64,000 nt of DNA from Paludibacteraceae bacterium (GTDB lineage Bacteria > Bacteroidota > Bacteroidia > Bacteroidales > Paludibacteraceae), in contig JAKSOA010000010.1 in NCBI GenBank assembly GCA_024405875.1, forward strand, positions 3,295 to 67,294, in the 5' to 3' direction. This document shows, in pieces, positions 18,187 through 28,555 of this stretch (position 1 is its first letter; each line of letters begins with the position of its first letter). The notes beneath the pieces are model-generated. The model saw only the letters and a list, made by a program, of their open reading frames with translations, did no database searches and was not told the origin of the DNA. The position numbers and the translations under genes are program-made.

Positions 18187-20430
18187 TTATCTAACGCATC
18201 TGACACTTAACATAAGACCTTTATCATAATGGTACTCTCCGAACTTGGAGGTGTTGTAAAAAAGATATCGTCCGTATGCCTCTTGTTCAACAAAAACGTC
18301 TGCTGACCAATAATAACAGCCTTCTCCTACATGATTAATCGTATTTACAAAGGCATATCCAGTAGGTACAGAGTTTAAACCAACGTCTTCCACTCCTTCA
18401 TAATAGGCACTACCAGAGTCTCCTTTGTACCAGCCGTTTTGTGTCTTCAAATGTATCCCGGAATCATTGTATCCATACAAATTATCACTTAAATTTTCCC
18501 AATCCTTTTTAGTTGGGATATGGAAACCATCAGGACATATACCTTGCCTTTCAGAATCAAACCCCTTTGTGCTGTACGCATAGGCTTTCACACCGACAGC
18601 CGCCGCCCAATTATACAAATACCCGAACTGATTCCTCATATCAGGTGTTAAATTGTCTGTATATGGAGAGAATTCAAATTTACTGGCGTCACTGTAAGTA
18701 GGGTCGTATCCTTCTGATGATAGAGATTGTATGCTAACACGTTTTCCACCTGATAGTTGTCCTATCTCACTGTTTGCACTATATATGTTACATTTAAGAT
18801 TTTCCGCCATCCAATATCGGGTGCCGATTTTTCTTACAAGATATGAGTTCCCACAGTCATCTGTTACAGAATCTGTCTCGCCGTATTCAAAATCTAAATA
18901 GTCTAATAATCCTAATTCGTATGTAACTTTCTTTGAAGTGTTAAGATAAATATGTAATGAATCTTTTGGCTGATTTGTCGCTGCTTGTTGAACGCAAATA
19001 CTATCTACGTTAGAACACAATATGGCTTGAGTCTTTCCGCTCTTGAGATGAAGGTATAGATATTGAAGTTTTTCAAGAGTGGAGGACGGAGTGTTTTTCA
19101 GAACAGTAACCCCTTTATAATCTTTATTCCTTAACTCGTCCATCGCCTTAGGCATCCATTTTTTTCTTGCTGTCAGATATGAGATAATATTATCTATTTG
19201 TTGGGAAAATTTGGTCGTTTGATACCATCTGGTGGATTCCAATGCCAATGCTTGTTCCATTGTATTGGCAAATGCTGAGTTTTTTAATGTGGTTAATGAA
19301 TCAATTACTGAATTAAATATATTATCCACTTGTGTGTCGTAGATATTGAGATAGTCGTTTATAAAATCTTTTTGCGGCAGGTTGAAACAAGGTTCAAACC
19401 ACCATTTGTTATGCACAGATGACCAATTGTCCGCTACGCTGAATGCCCCGTCAAAATCCCAAGCACAAATCATTGATATAGGGGATTTTGATGATGCGTC
19501 TTTTTTGCTAAAATAAAGATTTGATCCGGCAAAATCCTGACTTCCAATAATATCGTGAACCATAAGCCATCTGGCAAAAGAGTGTAAACTAATGTTGTCT
19601 GCTATAGAATCTTTTGTAAAGAATCCGTGCTCAAATTTTGCTATCTCACTAGCAATGTAATTTTTGCTATCGATGGTTATATCCTCAGCATCCGGATATT
19701 TGAATGTGTAATTATATCTTATCCTTGTGGATGGAACAAAAACATCCTCATTCCACCAATAAGCGTCATACTCGAATATATATCCCTCTTTGGAAACATT
19801 GATTCTACAATCTGTATTGCGATCAATTGACTCAGATAGAATATATAAACCTCTGAAATCTCCGTTCAAATAGACAAAAACATACTGGTGTTCAGGTGTC
19901 CATTCCATCCCAATCTGTTTGTTTATCAGATTCCCGGTATATGTCAGCATATCATTAATATTTAGCAGAACCCAATTCTTGTCGGCATATTTTTTGTCCC
20001 CGCGAAACAGTAGGTCTGCTTTCTTCTGCAGTTTTATCTTATAGGGTTTTTTCTCCGAAGCGTTGGCGGCAGATGTATTTCCTCTGACTTTTATAGTAAT
20101 TCCTGATTCGTCTTTTTTATATTCCCCGCTGCTGTATAGTGTTTCGCCTAATCTTGTTATAGTTAAATCACCTTTTAGTTTCTCAGCATTTGTAATACCC
20201 ACTCCATCACAGTTAAGAGGTGGATATACGTGTTGGTAACTTGGAGTTGAGCCATTATTGGTGTTAATATGTAAAGTCAACAAATCAATTTTGTCGGTTA
20301 GTTCTGTGTAATTCGACTGAGCACTGATGTTAACGGTTAACAAAGTAAGAAACATACAAAATGTATATTGAATATTTCCAATAAATCTGGTTACTATTGA
20401 CATTAAGACTTTTGTTTTTGTAGTTTTCAT
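18187..20430 (-). CDS. Secreted CotH kinase-family protein fused to a C-terminal FISUMP (Fibrobacter succinogenes major paralogous) domain
   Basis: 747 aa with a signal peptide and a CotH core (VFVYLNGDFRGLYILSESIDR, CAWDFDGAF). FISUMP hallmarks are present (WMAENL, GYLYNWAAA, CPDGFHIPTKKDWENL, YYWSAD, SVRCVR). Confidence 0.8.
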   Translation of the reverse strand: MKTTKTKVLMSIVTRFIGNIQYTFCMFLTLLTVNISAQSNYTELTDKIDLLTLHINTNNGSTPSYQHVYPPLNCDGVGITNAEKLKGDLTITRLGETLYSSGEYKKDESGITIKVRGNTSAANASEKKPYKIKLQKKADLLFRGDKKYADKNWVLLNINDMLTYTGNLINKQIGMEWTPEHQYVFVYLNGDFRGLYILSESIDRNTDCRINVSKEGYIFEYDAYWWNEDVFVPSTRIRYNYTFKYPDAEDITIDSKNYIASEIAKFEHGFFTKDSIADNISLHSFARWLMVHDIIGSQDFAGSNLYFSKKDASSKSPISMICAWDFDGAFSVADNWSSVHNKWWFEPCFNLPQKDFINDYLNIYDTQVDNIFNSVIDSLTTLKNSAFANTMEQALALESTRWYQTTKFSQQIDNIISYLTARKKWMPKAMDELRNKDYKGVTVLKNTPSSTLEKLQYLYLHLKSGKTQAILCSNVDSICVQQAATNQPKDSLHIYLNTSKKVTYELGLLDYLDFEYGETDSVTDDCGNSYLVRKIGTRYWMAENLKCNIYSANSEIGQLSGGKRVSIQSLSSEGYDPTYSDASKFEFSPYTDNLTPDMRNQFGYLYNWAAAVGVKAYAYSTKGFDSERQGICPDGFHIPTKKDWENLSDNLYGYNDSGIHLKTQNGWYKGDSGSAYYEGVEDVGLNSVPTGYAFVNTINHVGEGCYYWSADVFVEQEAYGRYLFYNTSKFGEYHYDKGLMLSVRCVR

Positions 20431-20435
20431 AAGTG

Positions 20436-21485
20436 TTAGCCTTTAATAAAGTGAATAAATTTATTTTCAAAAATATCATAATCTTCCGTAAATTCTTTTA
20501 AAAGTGTATCGCACCTTATTTCAAATTTATCATCAACAGTGAATGATGTCAGTTTCTCTTGCAGGTCAGTGCAGTTGTCTAATGACAATCCCAAATGGTA
20601 CTTCTCAACAAAGTCTCCCTGAATGGATTTGCTCCTTACAATCATAGGTTTCTTAAATACAAGTGATTTATAGAATCTATTGGATAAGGCGGTGTCGTGT
20701 GACAACAAATGAGGGTAGTATATATTCACAAAATCAGTCTCCTCATAGAAAGTATGCTCAATGCTTTTGTCATAATAACCTTTAAATTCAACATTTTTGG
20801 CGTTAACATTTTTAGCATAACTATGCAGGGACTCGGATGCAATGCCCTTTCCAATGAATCTTAATTTGATGCCAGGGTTATTTTTAATGCTGTCAATGAT
20901 TTCTGCGTTGGCGTCAAAGTCTCTGATGGAACCTATTGTGGATATTGTAATAATGTCTGATGATTTTTTCCGTTCACAAGTTTTTTGTAGCACATCTTGT
21001 ATCTCATTAATATCAAAATTGTGGCTTAAAATGTAGTCATATCCGTCAGGTAACGCCTTTTTGAACCCTGGTGATGAAATGGATATGTATTCGCTAATGT
21101 CCAACACTTTTTTGTATAATCCCATACATTTTTGCTCAATGCTCAAGTCTCTGTAGTCCATCCAAAATTTCTTGTTGTAATGCTTTTTCAGAAAAGGATA
21201 CATAAACAGTGCCAGTTGAGGTCCGAAAATAATAAGTTTGTCATATTTGTGCGTTCTGGATACTTTAGCGGCAAATCTGGCAAATCCAGCGTAATTCAAT
21301 AGTTTTAGAATGTTATTCTGGGCTGGTGCTGAAGAGCGGTGAAAAACAATTCCATTCTCTTCCATATTCATTCTGTCCCAGATTACAGATTCGTACTCCA
21401 CATTTTCTCTGTCAAGTATCTTTTTGAAGATATTGACAAATGGTTGGAAGCCTTCATTTGCAGGTATTATCAATCCTACCTTCAT
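20436..21485 (-). CDS. Glycosyltransferase (GT-B-like, family uncertain)
   Basis: 349 aa, soluble, located within the polysaccharide locus. The C-terminal half resembles the GT-B nucleotide-sugar-binding half. This is a weak motif-level call. Confidence 0.5.
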   Translation of the reverse strand: MKVGLIIPANEGFQPFVNIFKKILDRENVEYESVIWDRMNMEENGIVFHRSSAPAQNNILKLLNYAGFARFAAKVSRTHKYDKLIIFGPQLALFMYPFLKKHYNKKFWMDYRDLSIEQKCMGLYKKVLDISEYISISSPGFKKALPDGYDYILSHNFDINEIQDVLQKTCERKKSSDIITISTIGSIRDFDANAEIIDSIKNNPGIKLRFIGKGIASESLHSYAKNVNAKNVEFKGYYDKSIEHTFYEETDFVNIYYPHLLSHDTALSNRFYKSLVFKKPMIVRSKSIQGDFVEKYHLGLSLDNCTDLQEKLTSFTVDDKFEIRCDTLLKEFTEDYDIFENKFIHFIKG

Positions 21486-21487
21486 AA

Positions 21488-22606
21488 TTACAGATTTCTA
21501 AATAGTTCTAAAATTCTTTTTGAAGCAAGTCCGTCTCCGTATGGATTGATGCATTCCGCCATTTGATTATATTTCAATGAATCTGTCATCAGTGTTGTCA
21601 CTTCATTGACAATTTTATCTTTGTCGGTTCCAACCAGATGAACAGTTCCTGCCTCTACCGCCTCAGGGCGTTCTGTAACCTCTCTCATTACAAGAACAGG
21701 CTTTCCAAGGCTTGGTGCTTCTTCTTGCACACCTCCGCTATCCGTTATAATCAGTTTGCAACGTTTCATCAGCCATACAAATGCGGGATATTCCAAGGGT
21801 TTTATGAGAGATATGTTGTCAATCCCTGCAAGAAGCGTATAGACGGGCTCCTGCACATTTGGATTTAGATGGACAGGGTAGATTATGCGTATTTTGGGAA
21901 ATTTAAGAGCAATTTCTTTCAGGGCATCGCATATATGTATGAATCCGTCGCCGAAATTTTCTCTGCGATGTCCTGTAATTGCAATTATCTCATCTTTGCC
22001 ACAAATCTCTTTTAGCATATTAATTTCATCATTGTCTGTCAGCCTCTCAACTTTCTCCACACTATATAACAGTGCGTCAATAACAGTATTACCGGTAATG
22101 TATATATCCTCGGCTGGTATTCGTTCGCTAACAAGGTTTTCTTTTGCCCTTGTTGTCGGAGATAAATGTATATCTGTCAATCTTCCTGTTAATTGACGGT
22201 TCATCTCTTCCGGGTATGGGGCATACTTGTTGTAGGTGCGTAATCCCGCTTCAACGTGAACTATTTTTGTGCGGGCGTAATATGCCGCTATTGCGGTTGC
22301 TGTTGAGGTTGTTGTATCTCCGTGAACAAACACATAATCAGGATTGAATTCCTCAAGTACTCCTTTCACGGACATAACTACGTCACACGTAATGGAATAT
22401 AAATTCTGATTAGGTCTCATTAAATTCAGGTCATAGTCAGGAACTATTTCAAAAAACTCCAATACCTGGTCCAGCATTTGTCTGTGCTGTGCCGTAACAC
22501 AAACTTTGACATCAAATTCTGAGGGATATTTCTGAAATTCCTTAATAACTGGTGCCATTTTAATAGCTTCAGGTCTTGTCCCGAATACCAATAATAACTT
22601 TTTCAT
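21488..22606 (-). CDS. wecB: UDP-N-acetylglucosamine 2-epimerase (non-hydrolysing)
   Basis: Typical WecB N-terminus MKKLLLVFGTRPEAIKMAP and DSGGVQEEAPSLGKPVLV. I chose the start at 22606 (MKK) rather than the track start at 22666, because this removes the overlap with the upstream gene. Confidence 0.93.
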   Translation of the reverse strand: MKKLLLVFGTRPEAIKMAPVIKEFQKYPSEFDVKVCVTAQHRQMLDQVLEFFEIVPDYDLNLMRPNQNLYSITCDVVMSVKGVLEEFNPDYVFVHGDTTTSTATAIAAYYARTKIVHVEAGLRTYNKYAPYPEEMNRQLTGRLTDIHLSPTTRAKENLVSERIPAEDIYITGNTVIDALLYSVEKVERLTDNDEINMLKEICGKDEIIAITGHRRENFGDGFIHICDALKEIALKFPKIRIIYPVHLNPNVQEPVYTLLAGIDNISLIKPLEYPAFVWLMKRCKLIITDSGGVQEEAPSLGKPVLVMREVTERPEAVEAGTVHLVGTDKDKIVNEVTTLMTDSLKYNQMAECINPYGDGLASKRILELFRNL

Positions 22607-22611
22607 TCTCT

Positions 22612-23382
22612 CTATTTTAGATATTTTATTACTGATTTGAACATATAAGATGCAAAATAAACACATGCTCTTGGGAAGGAAATTCTCTCGTGCCCTCTAA
22701 GAATATCCCAGTACCATTTAGCAGATTGCAATTTATTGGAAGAGACTGATGATTCCCCAACTCTATAGTATGCAAGTACTTCAGGTATGCAAATGGCCTT
22801 ATATCTATCTTTTAGAATGGTTAGCCATAAGATATAATCTTCATGATGGCTTTTCTCAAATTGTTTTACTCCTACCTTACTTGCGTCATATATTGCAGTC
22901 AGACAGCCGATTACCGAGCCATATAGCATTGATGAATATGTTGTGAATGCAGGTGCGGTAATCAGTCTTGATTCATTTATGTGGTCTGTGAACTTGCTGT
23001 AATATGAGTATACAAGTGCTACTTCTGGGTCTTTTAATGCGGCAACCTGTTTTTCCAACTTGTTTTTTCCCCAAATATCATCCGCATCAAGGAACGCAAT
23101 GTACTGCCCCGATGCCTCAGCCAAACTTCTGTTTCTCGCTCCTGCGGGACAACCTGTATTGGAGTCTGTTTTAACGACTTTAATTTTTGGATTTTCTGAG
23201 GCGTATGATGAGGCTATCGCAAACCCGTTGTCAGTTGAGCAGTCGTCAGCGATAATCATTTCCCAGTTTGTATATGTTTGGGACAAAACGCTCTCTATGG
23301 CTTGAGCGATAAAGGCTCCCGCATTATACATCGGAGTGATAATTGACACAAGTCCGGGGATATATGTCGGTTTGTTATCCAT
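22612..23382 (-). CDS. Glycosyltransferase family 2
   Basis: 256 aa with the GT2 N-terminal signature VSIITPMYNAG...IIADDCSTD and the DAD motif (FLDADD). Confidence 0.88.
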   Translation of the reverse strand: MDNKPTYIPGLVSIITPMYNAGAFIAQAIESVLSQTYTNWEMIIADDCSTDNGFAIASSYASENPKIKVVKTDSNTGCPAGARNRSLAEASGQYIAFLDADDIWGKNKLEKQVAALKDPEVALVYSYYSKFTDHINESRLITAPAFTTYSSMLYGSVIGCLTAIYDASKVGVKQFEKSHHEDYILWLTILKDRYKAICIPEVLAYYRVGESSVSSNKLQSAKWYWDILRGHERISFPRACVYFASYMFKSVIKYLK

Positions 23383-24538
23383 TTTTCAAAACGTCTTTCA
23401 TTACATCAAGGAATCCGTGTCCGTATTTTAAATCAGGTTCAACATAGTTGCCTTCGGCCCATTCATTCCAAGATTTCAGGAATATTATCCTGTGCTCGTC
23501 TGATTTCTCTTGAACCAAATTAACCGCATCAATAAGATGTTGTCTGAATGCTTCAGGGGTGCTGTTCACATATATTCCCTCCGCCTTACCAATGCGCGGG
23601 CTTCTATCCCATTGTGGAAGTACGGTGGGATAGACATTCTCCCATTTGTCCTCAGGAGGAAAGAAATTCTTTACAACTTTTGCGTATTCGTATGTGTTAG
23701 CGACATTGCCTCCTGTAAGTTTCATAAAGACCTTTTTTGCCAAATCTGCGTACACCCCCTTGCTAAGCATCTCTCCACGGCTTTTCCCAAATGAGTTGAC
23801 CGCGTCAAAACCGTATGTCAAAACCTTATTGTACAGAGTGGCGCTACTTTTCAGATCTGGAATTTGTTTGGTTGTAGTACCGTCAGGGTTTGTCACCACT
23901 GATAGTGTAGCGGGAACCATTCCTATAAAATGTATGCCTTTCAAGCCATTTTTTACAGCTAAATTACGCCATGTGTCAATGAAACATTTAACATCAGCAA
24001 AGTAAAGAGTGTCATAAATGACAAATACGGGTTTTTCGTCAATTTTGAAGTAGCGCTTGTCTTTAAATGCTGGTAGAAGTGCGTAAAAATGTTCTGTGTA
24101 ATCTTCCTCTCCTAAATATTTCTGTTCCATTAACATTGTATCGGAGGAGAATGACGCACCCTTTTTCCACGTTTTGTTTGACCAAGAGTGGTTTGCCCAG
24201 CACAAGCAAAAGGGAAAATCAGGCTTGCCACTTGAAAGAACTTCATTAAAAGGTCTTTCAAGTAAGCGTTTCCCATTCCCAAACCAATAGTGATAATAAC
24301 AAAATGCACTTACACCAGCTTCTCTCGCCATCTGTGCCTGTTCTTCCCTGATTTCCGGCAATCTGAGGTCATAATATCCCAAATCAGATGGAACACGAGG
24401 TTGATAGTGCCCTTTGAAAAGGGGTTTTGCGTTCCCCACATTTGTCCATTCAGTAAATCCTTTCCCCCACCATTTATCGTTCTCCGGAATCGGATGAAAC
24501 TGCGGTAGATAGAGAGCAAGTAAGGTTACTTTTTTCAT
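23375..24538 (-). CDS. WbsX-like glycosyl hydrolase/transferase family protein
   Basis: 387 aa. The N-terminus LALYLPQFHPIPENDKWWGKGFTEWTNV is characteristic of the WbsX (GH99-like) family found in O-antigen loci. Confidence 0.75.
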   Translation of the reverse strand: MKKVTLLALYLPQFHPIPENDKWWGKGFTEWTNVGNAKPLFKGHYQPRVPSDLGYYDLRLPEIREEQAQMAREAGVSAFCYYHYWFGNGKRLLERPFNEVLSSGKPDFPFCLCWANHSWSNKTWKKGASFSSDTMLMEQKYLGEEDYTEHFYALLPAFKDKRYFKIDEKPVFVIYDTLYFADVKCFIDTWRNLAVKNGLKGIHFIGMVPATLSVVTNPDGTTTKQIPDLKSSATLYNKVLTYGFDAVNSFGKSRGEMLSKGVYADLAKKVFMKLTGGNVANTYEYAKVVKNFFPPEDKWENVYPTVLPQWDRSPRIGKAEGIYVNSTPEAFRQHLIDAVNLVQEKSDEHRIIFLKSWNEWAEGNYVEPDLKYGHGFLDVMKDVLKNG

Positions 24539-25823
24539 TTGATATGTTTTTATTGTTTAATTTAAAATATAGATAAAAGATGAGATAGACAATCAGTTTA
24601 AGATTACCTCCGACATCTCCGTATGTATAAAGGGATATGACCCCTTGACAACAGATATTAACACAGCAGTATAATAAAACAATCTGACAGAACTGCAACG
24701 TTCCGTCACGTGGCTTTGTAAGTAAGCGGAATATGACAGCAAACAATAGAAACAAAATGAAAGCAGGAAATGGACCGTAATCCAGTGTGAAATCACCCAC
24801 AAATGTATAAAAAACATAATCATCAATTTTCAAATGCGAGTATTTTGCACGCCTTTCCACATAGTTCATCGGAACATTTTTGTCGCCCAATGCCAGCTTG
24901 AAAAGTAAAGCGGTTTTGTCCCCGTGTCTTATTCCGCCGGCATCAAGGCCGTAGTTGTTAAAAAATATCATAGGTTGTCCGATATACCAAATAAATGACG
25001 TAGTGGCATTTTGTTGTGATGGGTCTTTGCTTGAACCGAAACGGCTGATAGTAATAGCCATAAAAGGAATAGACAAGATGATAATCCCGAAAATTGTAAT
25101 GCGTTTGACTTGGTGTAGTCTGTGTTTAGGAATCCATTGGACAAACAATAAGACTGCACATACGAGTGAAGTGAGAATCGATACAATTCCCGCTCTCTCG
25201 CCGTCAATGATTTTTCTTGTAAAGGAACATAGAATCATCAAGGCTAAAAAGACAGTATTTCTTTTTGAACCTTGTTTAGATATTGATTGGTAAGCAAGTA
25301 ATAGAATGGCAATGTCAGTTAGTGCATTGCTGAATATTGCAATACAATTTGTTATCGTATGACCCTGTATGGCTGCTTTCATCATTTTTTGTTTATAAAG
25401 TTCCGCCGCTCCGCTGTCTGAAAATAATGTGGAATAAAAAGCATTGATGCCAGATGTTAGCAATTCTGGTAGTTGAAGCAAAAACAGAACGAAACAAATA
25501 CAGCAAATAAATGATACAGAAGACTCTGATGGTTTTTGAAGATTGCATTTTGAAATATTGGATGAAAGTGCAGGGCTCAACGCAATCATCATCATTACAA
25601 AAAGGTACAGGAATGGATACAGGTGCAAATCTGGAAGATATGGTATATATTGACCCGTTGAGAAGCAAAACGATATAAATCCTAAAATTGAGATTGACAG
25701 GAAGAGCAAAAGAGCAAATGCAACAACGTCAAATGTCTTGTGCTTGTACCTATACCAAGAGTAAGAGAACAGGTAAAGTAAAACATTCAACAGTAAAAAT
25801 AATATGTTTACAATTGTTTGCAT
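24474..25823 (-). CDS. O-antigen polymerase-like (Wzy/EpsG-type) polytopic membrane protein
   Basis: 449 aa with 10 or more TM segments. It lies between the Wzx flippase and the glycosyltransferases. The assignment rests on topology and context only. Confidence 0.55.
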   Translation of the reverse strand: MQTIVNILFLLLNVLLYLFSYSWYRYKHKTFDVVAFALLLFLSISILGFISFCFSTGQYIPYLPDLHLYPFLYLFVMMMIALSPALSSNISKCNLQKPSESSVSFICCICFVLFLLQLPELLTSGINAFYSTLFSDSGAAELYKQKMMKAAIQGHTITNCIAIFSNALTDIAILLLAYQSISKQGSKRNTVFLALMILCSFTRKIIDGERAGIVSILTSLVCAVLLFVQWIPKHRLHQVKRITIFGIIILSIPFMAITISRFGSSKDPSQQNATTSFIWYIGQPMIFFNNYGLDAGGIRHGDKTALLFKLALGDKNVPMNYVERRAKYSHLKIDDYVFYTFVGDFTLDYGPFPAFILFLLFAVIFRLLTKPRDGTLQFCQIVLLYCCVNICCQGVISLYTYGDVGGNLKLIVYLIFYLYFKLNNKNISNEKSNLTCSLSTAVSSDSGER

Positions 25824-27079
25824 TTCAATATTCTTATTCCTTTAACACTCATTAGGACTGTGACAGTAAACTCTGTCAAAAGTAATGATACAGCAGCTCC
25901 TGTTCCAAAAAACTTATACGACAAGGTAAGAACAGAGATCAGTGCGACTGCTCCGGCAATAATGTATGTGTTTCTATAGTATATTTTGTCATTCTCATTA
26001 CCTAACGCAAGTATTACTAATTGAGCGAAAACGCCTCCTGTCCCGACAAGGAAGGGAACAAATGCCATAATTCTGAACAGAGTTTCCGTGCCATTGTAAG
26101 TCTCTCCTAGAAATAGTTGTATATAGTTGGCAAATGAAAAGAACAACGCTCCGCAGAACAGACATAATGTGGATACCAATAGCAGGAGTTTCTTTATCAG
26201 CAATACCGCCTCATCAATGTTATTTGTTGATAGAGATGATATTTTAGGATAGAAAGCCTGGGATATCGGTATGAATATCATATAAGTGATAGCTTTGATT
26301 ATTCTGTCAGTCGCTGAATATTCCCCAACTTCAGAAGGTGTGGCAAAGATGCCTAAAATTATGACAAAACATGCTGTGTATATAGTTGTAGCTGCATTTG
26401 AAAGAAAAATGGGCATACTCTCATGTAACTCATTCTTGCATGTGTTCCAATCAAATGATTGAAGCCTGATCCATTTTCTATCTGCAATTATGCATATTGA
26501 GATTATGGCGGCGGCAACTGATACGAAACCTTGCAAAAATGCTGCGATAAGATAATCATCGGGTTGCTTGACAAAGACAAATGTAAGTGGCAGTATTGAC
26601 AGTTTGGCAATACAATTTACTATGGAGACCCATCGTATCTCTCCCAAGCCCTGAAAAAGAAACACAAAAAGGAATGCATTGCCAACAACTGTTGTAAACA
26701 TTACAAAGAGTGCCGGCCTGTAAACCTCAAATCTGGGAATATACGCTATCATTGATAGAATAATGAGGCTTATTGCTAGCAATAACATTTTAGCGTAAAA
26801 AGTAGCGGAGAATATTTTGTTCAGTTCGTCCTGATTGCCTTTTGCCAGCGCTATGCGTTTTGTGGCACTGAGGTTGAAACCAAAATCAACAACTATCATA
26901 AGATATTGGCAGACTGCAAGGGCAAATCCAATGCAGCCGAACTTCTCCGCTCCCAGAACCACCATAAGGTATGGTAGTACAACTATAGGAGCCAGATAGT
27001 TAAGCCCTTGCAAAGCGATGAGATAAAATACATCTTTTACCTCACGCTCATTGCCCTTTATAAGTTCTTTTATAGCCAA
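25808..27079 (-). CDS. wzx: Oligosaccharide flippase (Wzx / polysaccharide biosynthesis protein family)
   Basis: 423 aa with about 12 TM segments. The N-terminal region and overall topology are typical of MOP-superfamily Wzx flippases. Confidence 0.75.
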   Translation of the reverse strand: MAIKELIKGNEREVKDVFYLIALQGLNYLAPIVVLPYLMVVLGAEKFGCIGFALAVCQYLMIVVDFGFNLSATKRIALAKGNQDELNKIFSATFYAKMLLLAISLIILSMIAYIPRFEVYRPALFVMFTTVVGNAFLFVFLFQGLGEIRWVSIVNCIAKLSILPLTFVFVKQPDDYLIAAFLQGFVSVAAAIISICIIADRKWIRLQSFDWNTCKNELHESMPIFLSNAATTIYTACFVIILGIFATPSEVGEYSATDRIIKAITYMIFIPISQAFYPKISSLSTNNIDEAVLLIKKLLLLVSTLCLFCGALFFSFANYIQLFLGETYNGTETLFRIMAFVPFLVGTGGVFAQLVILALGNENDKIYYRNTYIIAGAVALISVLTLSYKFFGTGAAVSLLLTEFTVTVLMSVKGIRILKCKQL

Positions 27080-27082
27080 TAC

Positions 27083-28555
27083 TTAGTACGCTCTTGCAAA
27101 TACAACTCTTTGTTTTGATGGTTTGCCTGTCACCATACATTTGCCGGGTGTCTTGTCCCCGTCAAGAGGAATGCAGCGTATGGTCGCTTTGGTCTCAGCC
27201 TTAATCTTCTCCTCAGTCTCCGGTGTGCCGTCCCAGTGGCACATTAGGAATCCGCCTTTCTCTATCTCTACCTTAAATTCATCGTATGTGTCCACATTTC
27301 GTGTTACAGACGCTCTGTAGTCAAACGCTTTCTTAAATATATTTTTCTGAATATCAGCAAGCAGTTCTTTAATATAAACGTCGATGCCGTCAATTGAGCG
27401 GGTCTCCTTCTCCATAGTGTCACGGCGAGAGACCTCTATAGTGCCGTTCTCAATATCTCTCGCACCTATTGCCAGACGTACGGGAACACCCTTCAGTTCA
27501 TATTCAGCAAACTTGAATCCGGGACGCTTGTTATCAGAGTTATCGTATCTATATGATATGCCAAGGGCTCTTAGTTTAGCGGTTATCTCCGATACTTTAG
27601 CATCAATAGTGGCAAGTTGTTCCTCATTTTTGTAAATAGGTATTATAACTACCTGATATGGTGCAAGATTTGGAGGCAGGACAAGTCCGTTGTCATCAGA
27701 GTGGGTCATAATTAAAGCACCCATCAGACGGGTTGATACACCCCACGATGTTGCCCATACAAGTTCCTGCTGGTTCTCTTTGTTGAGGAATGTAACGTCA
27801 AACGCTTTTGCAAAGTTCTGACCAAGGAAATGTGAGGTTCCTGCCTGTAGAGCCTTGCCGTCTTGCATAAGTGCCTCAATGCAGTAGGTCTCCAATGCCC
27901 CTGCAAAACGCTCATTGGCAGATTTTACGCCACGTATTACAGGTACTGCCATAAAGTTCTCTGCAAAATCTGCATAAACGCCAAGCATCTTTTTAGCCTC
28001 TGCTTCAGCCTCTTCACGTGTGGCATGTGCTGTATGACCCTCTTGCCATAGGAACTCCGCCGTGCGTAGGAACAGACGTGTACGCATCTCCCAGCGTACT
28101 ACGTTAGCCCACTGATTGCAAAGAATAGGAAGGTCTCTGTAAGAGTGAATCCAATTCTTATATGTACTCCATATAATGGTTTCGGATGTAGGGCGTACTA
28201 TGAGTTCCTCCTCAAGGCGTGCCTCAGGGTCAACAACAACACCGCTGCCGTCAGGATTTGTCTTTAATCTATAGTGTGTTACAACGGCACACTCCTTTGC
28301 AAAACCCTCTACATGGTCTGCCTCTTTGCTTAAAAAGGATTTAGGTATAAACAACGGGAAATAGGCGTTTACATGCCCGGTCTCCTTAAACATACGGTCA
28401 AGTTCACGTTGCATCTTTTCCCAAATAGCATAACCGTAAGGCTTAATAACCATACAACCTCTGACCGCAGACTGCTCCGCAAGGTCTGCTTTTACCACTA
28501 AATCATTGTACCACTGTGAATAGTTCTCACTACGCAGCGTCAACTCTTTTGCCAT
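27083..28555 (-). CDS. proS: Proline--tRNA ligase (archaeal/eukaryote-like type)
   Basis: About 490 aa starting at [16 protein letters not shown]. Class II aaRS motifs are present, and the C-terminal domain ends in Y. I prefer the start at 28555 over the track start at 28600. Confidence 0.95.
   Translation of the reverse strand: MAKELTLRSENYSQWYNDLVVKADLAEQSAVRGCMVIKPYGYAIWEKMQRELDRMFKETGHVNAYFPLFIPKSFLSKEADHVEGFAKECAVVTHYRLKTNPDGSGVVVDPEARLEEELIVRPTSETIIWSTYKNWIHSYRDLPILCNQWANVVRWEMRTRLFLRTAEFLWQEGHTAHATREEAEAEAKKMLGVYADFAENFMAVPVIRGVKSANERFAGALETYCIEALMQDGKALQAGTSHFLGQNFAKAFDVTFLNKENQQELVWATSWGVSTRLMGALIMTHSDDNGLVLPPNLAPYQVVIIPIYKNEEQLATIDAKVSEITAKLRALGISYRYDNSDNKRPGFKFAEYELKGVPVRLAIGARDIENGTIEVSRRDTMEKETRSIDGIDVYIKELLADIQKNIFKKAFDYRASVTRNVDTYDEFKVEIEKGGFLMCHWDGTPETEEKIKAETKATIRCIPLDGDKTPGKCMVTGKPSKQRVVFARAY

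Noticed and set aside
22607-22666. N-terminal extensions in the ORF track (wecB to 22666, proS to 28600, Wzz-like to 29552, rplW from 59000, the small ORF from 46748, dnaX from 32258)
   Set aside because: The extensions overlap upstream genes or promoter boxes and add non-conserved residues ahead of canonical N-termini. Internal ATG starts were chosen instead.
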